Below are positions 1 to 7,839 of a stretch of DNA of 64,000 nucleotides, piece by piece. This DNA is from Candidatus Cloacimonadales bacterium (GTDB lineage: Bacteria; Cloacimonadota; Cloacimonadia; Cloacimonadales; JAFGVF01). The DNA lies in assembly GCA_963678315.1 (NCBI GenBank), contig OY782781.1:1600001-1664000 (forward strand). The letters run 5' to 3'. The notes under the pieces were generated by a model. The model did no database searches. It was not told the origin of the DNA and was given only the letters and a program-made list of their open reading frames with translations. Each line of letters starts with the position of its first letter. The stretch's first letter is position 1. The translations under genes were made by a program, and so were the position numbers.

Positions 1-227
1 TTAGGATGTTTTCTTCTTAGTTCCTCAATTAAAACTAGTTTGGATATGGTTTTTCCTGTACCAACTTCTCCGCTTAGCATACCCATTTGCATAGAACCAG
101 ATTCTGTAACGTATTTTAAGCGTTCTAGAGCTTCCAAATGGTCAGAACTTTTATAATAGAATTGAGGGTCATTATTGTCTTGGAAGGGGGGTAATTTCAA
201 CCCCCAAAAAGAAAAATAATCTATCAT
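1..227 (-). CDS. ExeA/GspA-family AAA+ ATPase, 5' part (runs off the window)
   Basis: Hand translation from ATG at 227: MIDYFSFWGLKLPPFQDNNDPQFYYKSSDHLEALERLKYVTESGSMQMGMLSGEVGTGKTISKLV. This has the ExeA N-terminal pattern (GL..PF...DP.F.Y.S..H.EAL..L.Y) and Walker A GEVGTGKT. The ATG overlaps the motB stop (TAATG). Confidence 0.85.
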   Translation of the reverse strand, partial: MIDYFSFWGLKLPPFQDNNDPQFYYKSSDHLEALERLKYVTESGSMQMGMLSGEVGTGKTISKLVLIEELRRKHP

Positions 228-919
228 TAGCTATCCTTTTTTTTGCTGAGTTTAATTTCTACTCTTCTATTTTTTTCTCTATTAGCTGGTGAATCGTTAG
301 GGACAAGAGGTTTGAATTCACCATAGCCCATTATTTGTAATTGGTCAGGAGTAAAATAACTATTTCTTAAAAAGAATTTAACTATACTCAAAGCTCTTGC
401 AGTTGATAATTCCCAGTTAGATGGATATTTTGAATTAGCAATTGGGATATTATCTGTGTGCCCTTCAATCCTTATGCTCCAATCTCCACCATCTGAAACA
501 GTTTGTTCTATTGATTGGGCAATTTTTAACAGTGGTTTATGTGAATTCCATCTAAGTTCTGCTTTACCACTTTCAAATAGGATTTCTCCTGGAACAGAAA
601 TAACTCTTTCATTTAAATCAGATATTGCTGAATATTCAGTTGAATCAACAGCTACTTGATTTTCAGCAATGACTTTTTGTTGAGCTTCTGATATTGTTTT
701 CCATCCCAACTCACTATCTCTAACCAAATAGAAGAACACAAAGAAAATCAGTAGCAGAGTCATCAAGTCTGAATAGGGTACTAAGCTTGTATAGAAACCA
801 GAAAAATCATTTTCTGGAGATTCTTCAAACAAGGCACTCATTGATGATATATCTGACCTATCTTCTTTTAAAATCTTCTGTACTTGATTATGAGTTGTAG
901 ACTCTTTATTATTAAGCAT
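227..919 (-). CDS. motB: MotB-family stator B subunit with OmpA-like peptidoglycan-binding domain
   Basis: TM segment VPYSDLMTLLLIFFVFF contains the conserved ion-binding Asp; C-terminal LFESGKA, IEGHTD, SNWELSTARA and NRRVEI motifs. Confidence 0.9.
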   Translation of the reverse strand: MLNNKESTTHNQVQKILKEDRSDISSMSALFEESPENDFSGFYTSLVPYSDLMTLLLIFFVFFYLVRDSELGWKTISEAQQKVIAENQVAVDSTEYSAISDLNERVISVPGEILFESGKAELRWNSHKPLLKIAQSIEQTVSDGGDWSIRIEGHTDNIPIANSKYPSNWELSTARALSIVKFFLRNSYFTPDQLQIMGYGEFKPLVPNDSPANREKNRRVEIKLSKKKDS

Positions 920-1649
920 AAATCTTTTCTAGTCCTGCTTTGATTAGTTCCGAATTCTTCTTGTTTAGCATACCTCTAATGCCTTCGATAATTATCTTTC
1001 TATTAATGAAAGCTTTTTCTGCTTGTGAAGATAACTTTCCTGATAATGGTCTAAAGAACACAACAGACAATACTAAACCATAAAGAGTTGTAACCAATGC
1101 TAAACTCATTGCTTTTGGAACAATTGTAGGATCTTCAAAAGAACTAAGCATAGAAATCAGACCTATAACAGTACCAATCATCCCGAACATTGGTGATATA
1201 TTACTAGCTAAACCAAATACTTTGGAAGCTTTTTTATCTTTATTAAAAAGTGAAAGACTTTCTTTTTCTAACAAAAGGGCAATTTCTGAAGATGGAATAT
1301 TATCAGTTATTAAATTTAAACCAGATCGTAAGAATTTTAATTGTTGCACTTCATCAAAATCAATGATTTCTTTGAATGTTAATGATCTAGAATCTTTGCT
1401 AATGCTAACGATAATATCAACAAGATCATCATGAGATATATTATCTTCTTTATTTATTGTAAATAGCCTTTTGAATGAGAAGAAAAAATCGCTAATTGAG
1501 TAAGTGCTAATTATCGTTACTAAAGTTCCCCCAAGAGTAACAACAACAGCTGTTATATCAACAAAATCCTGCAAGTCTCCCTTGTTATATACTGCAAACA
1601 ATACAATAAAAAGTGATATAAGAATACCTATAAAAGTAGAAATTTTCAT
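912..1649 (-). CDS. motA: MotA/PomA-family stator A subunit
   Basis: 245 aa with an N-terminal TM pair and GGT motif, SPMFGMIGTVIGLISML and ALVTTLYG; overlaps motB by 8 nt. Confidence 0.88.
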   Translation of the reverse strand: MKISTFIGILISLFIVLFAVYNKGDLQDFVDITAVVVTLGGTLVTIISTYSISDFFFSFKRLFTINKEDNISHDDLVDIIVSISKDSRSLTFKEIIDFDEVQQLKFLRSGLNLITDNIPSSEIALLLEKESLSLFNKDKKASKVFGLASNISPMFGMIGTVIGLISMLSSFEDPTIVPKAMSLALVTTLYGLVLSVVFFRPLSGKLSSQAEKAFINRKIIIEGIRGMLNKKNSELIKAGLEKIYA

Positions 1650-1658
1650 TTAATGTCC

Positions 1659-3044
1659 TTAATTTAAATTTAGTATGTATCTAATCTGATTTACTGATTG
1701 ATTGATAATAAGATTCTTTGTCTCTTCATTAAAATCGTCCAGCATTTCTATGTCCTCTTTCATAATCATAATAGCTCTTTCTGAGAGCTGAGAATAGAAC
1801 TTGTTCCTAATGTTATCAGGCACACACTTTAAGAATCTTACCATGTCTAAATGAGTGAACTCACTGTTAATTTGTTCCAGCTGTACATTCTTTAACTTAA
1901 GAATATCATCAATTAAGAATATTTTCTTTGAAAGCTGTTGACTAAAGTCACTATCAAAGAACTGGATTGACTTAAATATTTCGTTAGCTACGTCTGGAGA
2001 AGAATTATTAATAAACTTAGCCATTGTATTAAGTTTATTAATTTTATAGGGATCTTTTTCCATAGCTTCTAAATATTTCTGATACATATTTACAACTAGA
2101 ATTTTCATATCTAATTTAAGCACATTGTCTAAGTTTATGAGGGCTTTTAACACAGCGTTTTTATCACCAGTGTAATGTCTAAAGAAACTATCAAATTTAT
2201 CAGCATCAAGTTGACTTAAAATGATAGCGATCTCATTAGGATTCTCATCTTTTAAAATATTTATGAAGTTATCATTAGATAGCTCATTTAAAAAGGCAAA
2301 ACTAGTTGGACTGTCTTCCTCATCATCTTTTAGAAGTTGAACTTTTACAGGTCTATTGCCCAAGTTATTTGTATGGTTATTATTAGACTCAGAAGAAGAA
2401 CTTTGTGATAATGGAATGGATTGCATTCCGCTAACCTGATCAATATTAGTAACTTTAACTTTTCTCATTGATTTAGCAATGATTCTGAATCCACTTTTTA
2501 GATTATTAACAATTACGAAGAAAGCTAAAGCGAGTAAGGCAATAATTGAAATATTCTTTACGTTAAAGAATGAGTTGCTTTCAGACTTTATATTAAGATC
2601 TTTCTCAATATTAATTACATCACCTTCAAGCTCATTAATATAAGCAATATTTCTTACAATTTCAGAAATTTCTTCAATAACAGAATCATCAGTGTCTTGT
2701 GCAACACGAACTGTTACTCTTTTGCCAGTAACATCTGTTGGAGATAAATCAGTAAGATCAAGAGTTGGTATTTTGTCTTCAGTCTTTGCGACTGGTAGTC
2801 CAGGTAAGCTAGTTTGCTTATCTAGTGTCATTTGATCGCTATTGGGATCATAAAAGTTATAACTTAAATCAATATCAACATAGACTATACAATCTTTTAT
2901 AATTGGTTTCAAAGATGCGTTAATTCTTTCTGATAGTTCGTTTTCTAATCTTAGCTCAGCTAAAGAATTAGAGCCAATTCCAAATAAAAGTCCTGAAAAG
3001 CAAAGAATAAAAATGATAAGTAAAAATCTAATAACAATCTTCAT
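1659..3044 (-). CDS. Putative FliF(RBM3-like)-TM-FliG(M+C) fusion rotor protein
   Basis: Signal/TM, then FliF-like LENELSERINASLKPII..VYVDIDL..LPG..RVTVRV..EISEIV..EGDVINIE, a TM helix and a Ser/Asn linker. Then FliG-M-like FAFLNEL..ILKDENPNEIAIILSQL and FliG-C-like KIFLIDDILKL..FLK..RNKFYSQLSERAIMIMKEDIEML. Confidence 0.75.
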   Translation of the reverse strand: MKIVIRFLLIIFILCFSGLLFGIGSNSLAELRLENELSERINASLKPIIKDCIVYVDIDLSYNFYDPNSDQMTLDKQTSLPGLPVAKTEDKIPTLDLTDLSPTDVTGKRVTVRVAQDTDDSVIEEISEIVRNIAYINELEGDVINIEKDLNIKSESNSFFNVKNISIIALLALAFFVIVNNLKSGFRIIAKSMRKVKVTNIDQVSGMQSIPLSQSSSSESNNNHTNNLGNRPVKVQLLKDDEEDSPTSFAFLNELSNDNFINILKDENPNEIAIILSQLDADKFDSFFRHYTGDKNAVLKALINLDNVLKLDMKILVVNMYQKYLEAMEKDPYKINKLNTMAKFINNSSPDVANEIFKSIQFFDSDFSQQLSKKIFLIDDILKLKNVQLEQINSEFTHLDMVRFLKCVPDNIRNKFYSQLSERAIMIMKEDIEMLDDFNEETKNLIINQSVNQIRYILNLN

Positions 3045-3114
3045 TACTACCTCTTATAGTTAATTGATATCAAGTGTAGTTTTTAGGCAAGAAAAAAATC
3101 AGTTTTTTTTTTGT

Positions 3115-3142
3115 TTGACTAAAATACCCAAAGTGCAAATAT
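3115..3142 (+). promoter_or_regulatory. Putative sigma70-type promoter for the surface-protein operon (divergent intergenic region)
   Basis: TTGACT-N16-AAATAT upstream of GGAG RBS and ATG 3169. Confidence 0.4.
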
Positions 3143-3168
3143 TAATTATCAAACTACGGAGATATCAG

Positions 3169-6100
3169 ATGAAATGTATTTTTAGTCGAACTACGATAAC
3201 GTTACTATTGATAATATTATTTAACTATTCAAATTTACTCAGTGAAAAAAAATATGATTTTAGTGAATGGAATGGTAATGTAGATATCATTGGAGAGAGT
3301 TCTTTTGATCAGTTTGGAGAAGATCTTGTTCATGGTGATGTGAATGGTGATGGTATAAACGATATTATATGTTCAAGTCCTTCAGCTGATCCTTCAGGTA
3401 GAAACTCTGCAGGTATTGTTTATATTTTTTATGGCGAGACAATTCTAGAACAAGAAACAACTATATCACTTGAAAGCAATAATGCCGATGTTACTATATA
3501 TGGGGCTGTAGCAGGACAAAAATGTGGTTCAAGCTTGGCTTGCGGCACAGTTAATAGTGACCTTTTTGATGATGTAGTAATTGGAGCTCCTTTTGCTAGT
3601 ACTAATGATCTTGAACAAAATGGTCTAGTATACATTATTAATGGTTCGAATAATTTACCAACAATTATAGATTTAGCTTCTGCTACTGGAATTGATAAAA
3701 TTAATGGTAGTACTAGTAATGATTTTTTAGGAAGTGATATCACTGTTGCGAATTTGAATAGCGATAATTTAGATGAAGTTATTATTAGTGCACCCAATGC
3801 AGATTCAGATAATACACAAAACTGTGGTAAGGTATATATCTTATGGTCTAATGAAAGCTACTCACAGAATCTTGATTTAGCTTCTGCTAATAATGTTACA
3901 TATTTTGTTGGTAACCATATCAATGAAAACTTAGGTTATAAGATTGCTTGCGGTAATATTAATAACGACTCTTTCTGTGATTTGTTCATTGGCGCTCCGG
4001 GTTTTGATGATGATAGTCTGTTAAATAATGGAAGGTTATTCCTTATAAAAGGTCGAGGTTTCTTTCCTTTTGGGCAAGTTGATATTACAAATGAAACTTA
4101 TGTAAATGCAACAATTGAAGGAACTAATCAAGCATCTGTAATTGGAAAAGCTTTTACAGTAGATGACTTCAATAATGATGGGAATGGAGATTTACTTCTC
4201 ACAGATCAAAGTAGTCAATTAGATTCAAACTTAATATACCTAATTTTAGGTAATAATAGCCTAACAGGTACCATTCTAGCAAACAGTGAAAACTCTAATT
4301 CATTAATTTCAGGAGAAGGTTTAGACAATACATTTGGTCAGTATCTTTACTCTGGAGATGTAAATAATGATTCTATATATGATATGATTATTTCCTCTCC
4401 TGAAGCAGAAACTACTAATGGTAATTCCTCTGGAATAGTCCATGTTATTTATGGTAATAGCCTTATTAATACTGCTTATGATGTTAATCTAGGTGATAGT
4501 GATGAAGTTTATCTTGGAAGCACAACACAGTCATTAACAGGTACTTCTATTTCTCTATGTGATTTTAATAATGATTCTAAAAATGATATTTGGATTGGTT
4601 CTCCAGGTAGTGGAAATAACAATGGTGAGATTAATAGTGTTTATGGTGGTATCCCATGGCTATATAATAGAAATCCTAATGAAGAAGCTACAGATGTAGA
4701 TATTGATAGTCCTGTATCTTTCTCATTGGCAGATGATAATCAGATTAATATTTCTTCTATCTCAGTTGTTATAGCTGGTACAGAATACAACTCTAATAGC
4801 AATAACTTCTCTTATAGTGGTTCGGAAGAAAATTACAGAATTACTGTAGCTCCTGAAGATTTTTACGGATATAACCAGATAATTGACGTATCAGTCAATG
4901 CTGAAGATGATGATGGCTGGCAGATACCTGAATCAAATTATAGATTTTTTACTAGAGAAGATACTGATCCTCCATTTACTGATTTATGGATTCCAGCTCC
5001 AGATGCAGTTGGCGTTGCTGTAGATACCAACATTGAATTCCATATTTATGATTTAGGGGATGGGGTCGACTTATCATCAATCACTGTTAATATTCAAGGT
5101 GAAAACTATTATTCAGGTCATCCTAATTTCTCAGCTCTGGGAGAGGCAAATGATTACACAATAGTAATTAATCCCCCTCAAAACTTTAGTTTTGGGGAAT
5201 TAGTTAATGTTACTATTGATGCTACAGATTTAGCTGAAGTCCCTAATGCCATGACTTCTTTCGAATACTCATTTACTTGCGGACAAGATAATTCTGCTCC
5301 TTCAATAATCTTAATAGAACCAGCTTATAATGAAGAAGTATCTAGAGTTAATCCTGTAATAATAGAGGTTAGAGATGATGAAACTGAGTTAAATCTTTCT
5401 TCAGCTGAATTAAAGCTTGATGATGTAAGTATATTAGCTTCATCACAGATAACCAATATAACAAATGGATATAGATTTTATTATTCAGCACTTGATAACG
5501 GTATACATTCATTCGGAAATCATGAAATTGAATTTTATATTGAAGATAGCTCTTCCAATGCAGTTGATACTCTATCAGTTTTTTCTGTGATACCAGATAA
5601 TGAAGCTCCTTTTACTCAGAATCACTATCCTGATAAGTTTTCTACCGAGAACGCAACAAATACCAGTTTTATGGTGGAAATATTTGATTTTCTTAGTGGA
5701 GTAGATATTAATACTGTCTCAATTAGATTGAATAGCCAAGAGATTATGAGTTCTCCATTCACAACTATTACAGATGTTGCTGATGGTTATAGAATTCTTT
5801 ACAGTCCTGATGAAAGGTTTCAAGGAGAAGTTTCAGTAGAAATTGATGCAGGTGATCTTGATATACCAGCCAACAACATGCCAACAGAAGTCTATACTTT
5901 TGAATGTACAAGTGATACTGAAGCCCCTTACATAGAAAATGTTGATCCTGAAGTCGGCGAGATTAACGTTAGTCCTGATACTAATGTACAATTTAGAATA
6001 AAAGATGATAAAACTGGGGTTGATATTTCAACCTTATCAGTTAAAGTTAATAATATTGTTGTAACTGATAATGTAACGACAGCTCTAGTTACATCTGGTT

Positions 6101-7833
6101 TTGATGTGCTTTATATTCCATCTGAAATATTTGATTTCAATGAATGGGTTGAAGTAGAAATTGCATGTTATGACAAAGCTCTTGTTCCTAATTTGTTTAC
6201 AACTGATTATAGCTTTAGAATAACTCCAGATCTTATTCCACCTGAACTAGTAAATCTATCCCCCGAAGCCAATGAAACAGGAGTTCCTATCTCTGAAAAT
6301 ATATATTTTGAAATTACTGATAATGGACTTGGTGTTGATATCAACAGCTTATCAATGAGAGTAAATGGGGTTCAAGTTAATCCAGATTATGAAGAAATTA
6401 ATGATACAAATAATTATGCTGTAACCTATGAACACCAAGATTTTGATTATTCAGAAGAAGTGACTGTTGTAGTATCTGTGTCAGATCTTGCAGCGTCTCC
6501 GAATAGTTTAATTAATTATAACTATATGTTCCAAACAGTAGATGATGATAATGTTGAACCATTTTTTACTGCCTTTAATCCAACACCTGATGCTATAGAG
6601 GTGCCTGTTGAGACTTCAATCTCTATGGAAATCCTAGATGCTGATTCAGGCATAGATGAAACTTCAATTATATTTAAAATTAATAATGAAACAATTGAAA
6701 GTTACCAGCTAACACCGATTGATAGTGATGAGGGAACAGGTTTTCAACTTCTTTATGAACCTAATGAAGAGTTTAATTACAATGAGACTGTTCATGTTCA
6801 GATTTATGCAATGGATTCTTCTAGTAATAACAATAGTAATAGTATGAATTATTCTTTTACTACTTTAGTTGATGACGATCCTCCATATCTTAGCTTTTCA
6901 TATCCTGAATCTGGAGGTAATGGTTATGCTAATTCTTTAGTGTATCTTAATTTTAATGATGACTTATCTGGGGTAGATAAGACTAGTTTTAATTTGAAAA
7001 TTAATGATTCTTTTGTGACAACTTATACAGATTCTTTAGATGGAAATGCTTTTGAGGTTTGGTACGAAACAGAAGATAACTACACTTCAGATATTGTTGA
7101 AGTAGAATATTACATATCTGACAAGGTGGGTAATACTTTAAACGAATCCTTTGAATTTAACATTATAGAGGATATATATCCTCCATATTTTGTGCAAATT
7201 GGATCCTTTGCAGATAATCAAGATGAAATAGTAAATAAACTAAAAATAGCTATTCTTGATAAGGGGGTTGGCATTAATAAAGAGAGTATTCAGTTCGAAG
7301 TTAATAATCAAAGTGTAGAAAACTATTCGCTAGATGAACATATTTATGATTCAAACCCTGACTCATTAGGTTATGTGCTGACTTATAATGTTAATGAAAA
7401 TAATTATGATGGTCAAAAACTTAAAGTTAATATTTATGCAGAAGATGAAAACAATCCTATTCCTCTTTCTGGTGAAGCTCAACTAAGTTTCTATATATGG
7501 CGTGAGCTAAATTCAGATAAAGTAGAGATTGTTCCAAATATTTTGAGCCTAAATAATGATGGATATAACGATGAATGCAGAATAATCATTCCATCCAATA
7601 AAAATGCTGTGTGTAAAATATTCACAATGGAAGGTAAAGAGATCAAAGACTTGGATATTATGCCTTATAGCTATGAAGATAGTCCTGATTTATCAAAAGG
7701 TGTGCAAGATTACCAAGTTGCCATCTGGGATGGTAGAAACAAAGACAATAAGATTGTCAATGCCGGAATTTACTTTTGCCAAGTCGAAGTAAATGGTAAG
7801 AAACACTTAAACACAATAACAATAGCAAAGTAG
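3169..7833 (+). CDS. Large secreted surface protein: 7 FG-GAP (integrin-alpha propeller) repeats, ~9 Ig-like repeats, FlgD-Ig/T9SS type-B-like C-terminal domain
   Basis: Likely start ATG 3169 (GGAG RBS, signal peptide). Seven G..l...D.N.D..D....P repeats and nine ~105-aa repeats mostly starting D..[AP]P. Tail VPNILSLNNDGYNDE..IFTMEGKEIK..WDGRNKDNKIVNAGIYF. Confidence 0.85.
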   Translation: MKCIFSRTTITLLLIILFNYSNLLSEKKYDFSEWNGNVDIIGESSFDQFGEDLVHGDVNGDGINDIICSSPSADPSGRNSAGIVYIFYGETILEQETTISLESNNADVTIYGAVAGQKCGSSLACGTVNSDLFDDVVIGAPFASTNDLEQNGLVYIINGSNNLPTIIDLASATGIDKINGSTSNDFLGSDITVANLNSDNLDEVIISAPNADSDNTQNCGKVYILWSNESYSQNLDLASANNVTYFVGNHINENLGYKIACGNINNDSFCDLFIGAPGFDDDSLLNNGRLFLIKGRGFFPFGQVDITNETYVNATIEGTNQASVIGKAFTVDDFNNDGNGDLLLTDQSSQLDSNLIYLILGNNSLTGTILANSENSNSLISGEGLDNTFGQYLYSGDVNNDSIYDMIISSPEAETTNGNSSGIVHVIYGNSLINTAYDVNLGDSDEVYLGSTTQSLTGTSISLCDFNNDSKNDIWIGSPGSGNNNGEINSVYGGIPWLYNRNPNEEATDVDIDSPVSFSLADDNQINISSISVVIAGTEYNSNSNNFSYSGSEENYRITVAPEDFYGYNQIIDVSVNAEDDDGWQIPESNYRFFTREDTDPPFTDLWIPAPDAVGVAVDTNIEFHIYDLGDGVDLSSITVNIQGENYYSGHPNFSALGEANDYTIVINPPQNFSFGELVNVTIDATDLAEVPNAMTSFEYSFTCGQDNSAPSIILIEPAYNEEVSRVNPVIIEVRDDETELNLSSAELKLDDVSILASSQITNITNGYRFYYSALDNGIHSFGNHEIEFYIEDSSSNAVDTLSVFSVIPDNEAPFTQNHYPDKFSTENATNTSFMVEIFDFLSGVDINTVSIRLNSQEIMSSPFTTITDVADGYRILYSPDERFQGEVSVEIDAGDLDIPANNMPTEVYTFECTSDTEAPYIENVDPEVGEINVSPDTNVQFRIKDDKTGVDISTLSVKVNNIVVTDNVTTALVTSGFDVLYIPSEIFDFNEWVEVEIACYDKALVPNLFTTDYSFRITPDLIPPELVNLSPEANETGVPISENIYFEITDNGLGVDINSLSMRVNGVQVNPDYEEINDTNNYAVTYEHQDFDYSEEVTVVVSVSDLAASPNSLINYNYMFQTVDDDNVEPFFTAFNPTPDAIEVPVETSISMEILDADSGIDETSIIFKINNETIESYQLTPIDSDEGTGFQLLYEPNEEFNYNETVHVQIYAMDSSSNNNSNSMNYSFTTLVDDDPPYLSFSYPESGGNGYANSLVYLNFNDDLSGVDKTSFNLKINDSFVTTYTDSLDGNAFEVWYETEDNYTSDIVEVEYYISDKVGNTLNESFEFNIIEDIYPPYFVQIGSFADNQDEIVNKLKIAILDKGVGINKESIQFEVNNQSVENYSLDEHIYDSNPDSLGYVLTYNVNENNYDGQKLKVNIYAEDENNPIPLSGEAQLSFYIWRELNSDKVEIVPNILSLNNDGYNDECRIIIPSNKNAVCKIFTMEGKEIKDLDIMPYSYEDSPDLSKGVQDYQVAIWDGRNKDNKIVNAGIYFCQVEVNGKKHLNTITIAK

Positions 7834-7839
7834 GTTAAC

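Noticed and set aside
227..1649. Zorya ZorAB or ExbBD/TolQR interpretation of the motor pair
   Set aside because: The A subunit is only 245 aa with no long ZorA tail and no zorC/D/E is visible. The B subunit has an OmpA-type PG-binding domain unlike ExbD/TolR, and a FliG-like gene is in the operon.
3064..3168. N-terminal extension of the large surface-protein ORF
   Set aside because: It spans the divergent promoter region; RBS and signal peptide fit ATG 3169. Similar over-extensions were trimmed at 10246, 32218, 32223, 35335, 50714 and 58394.
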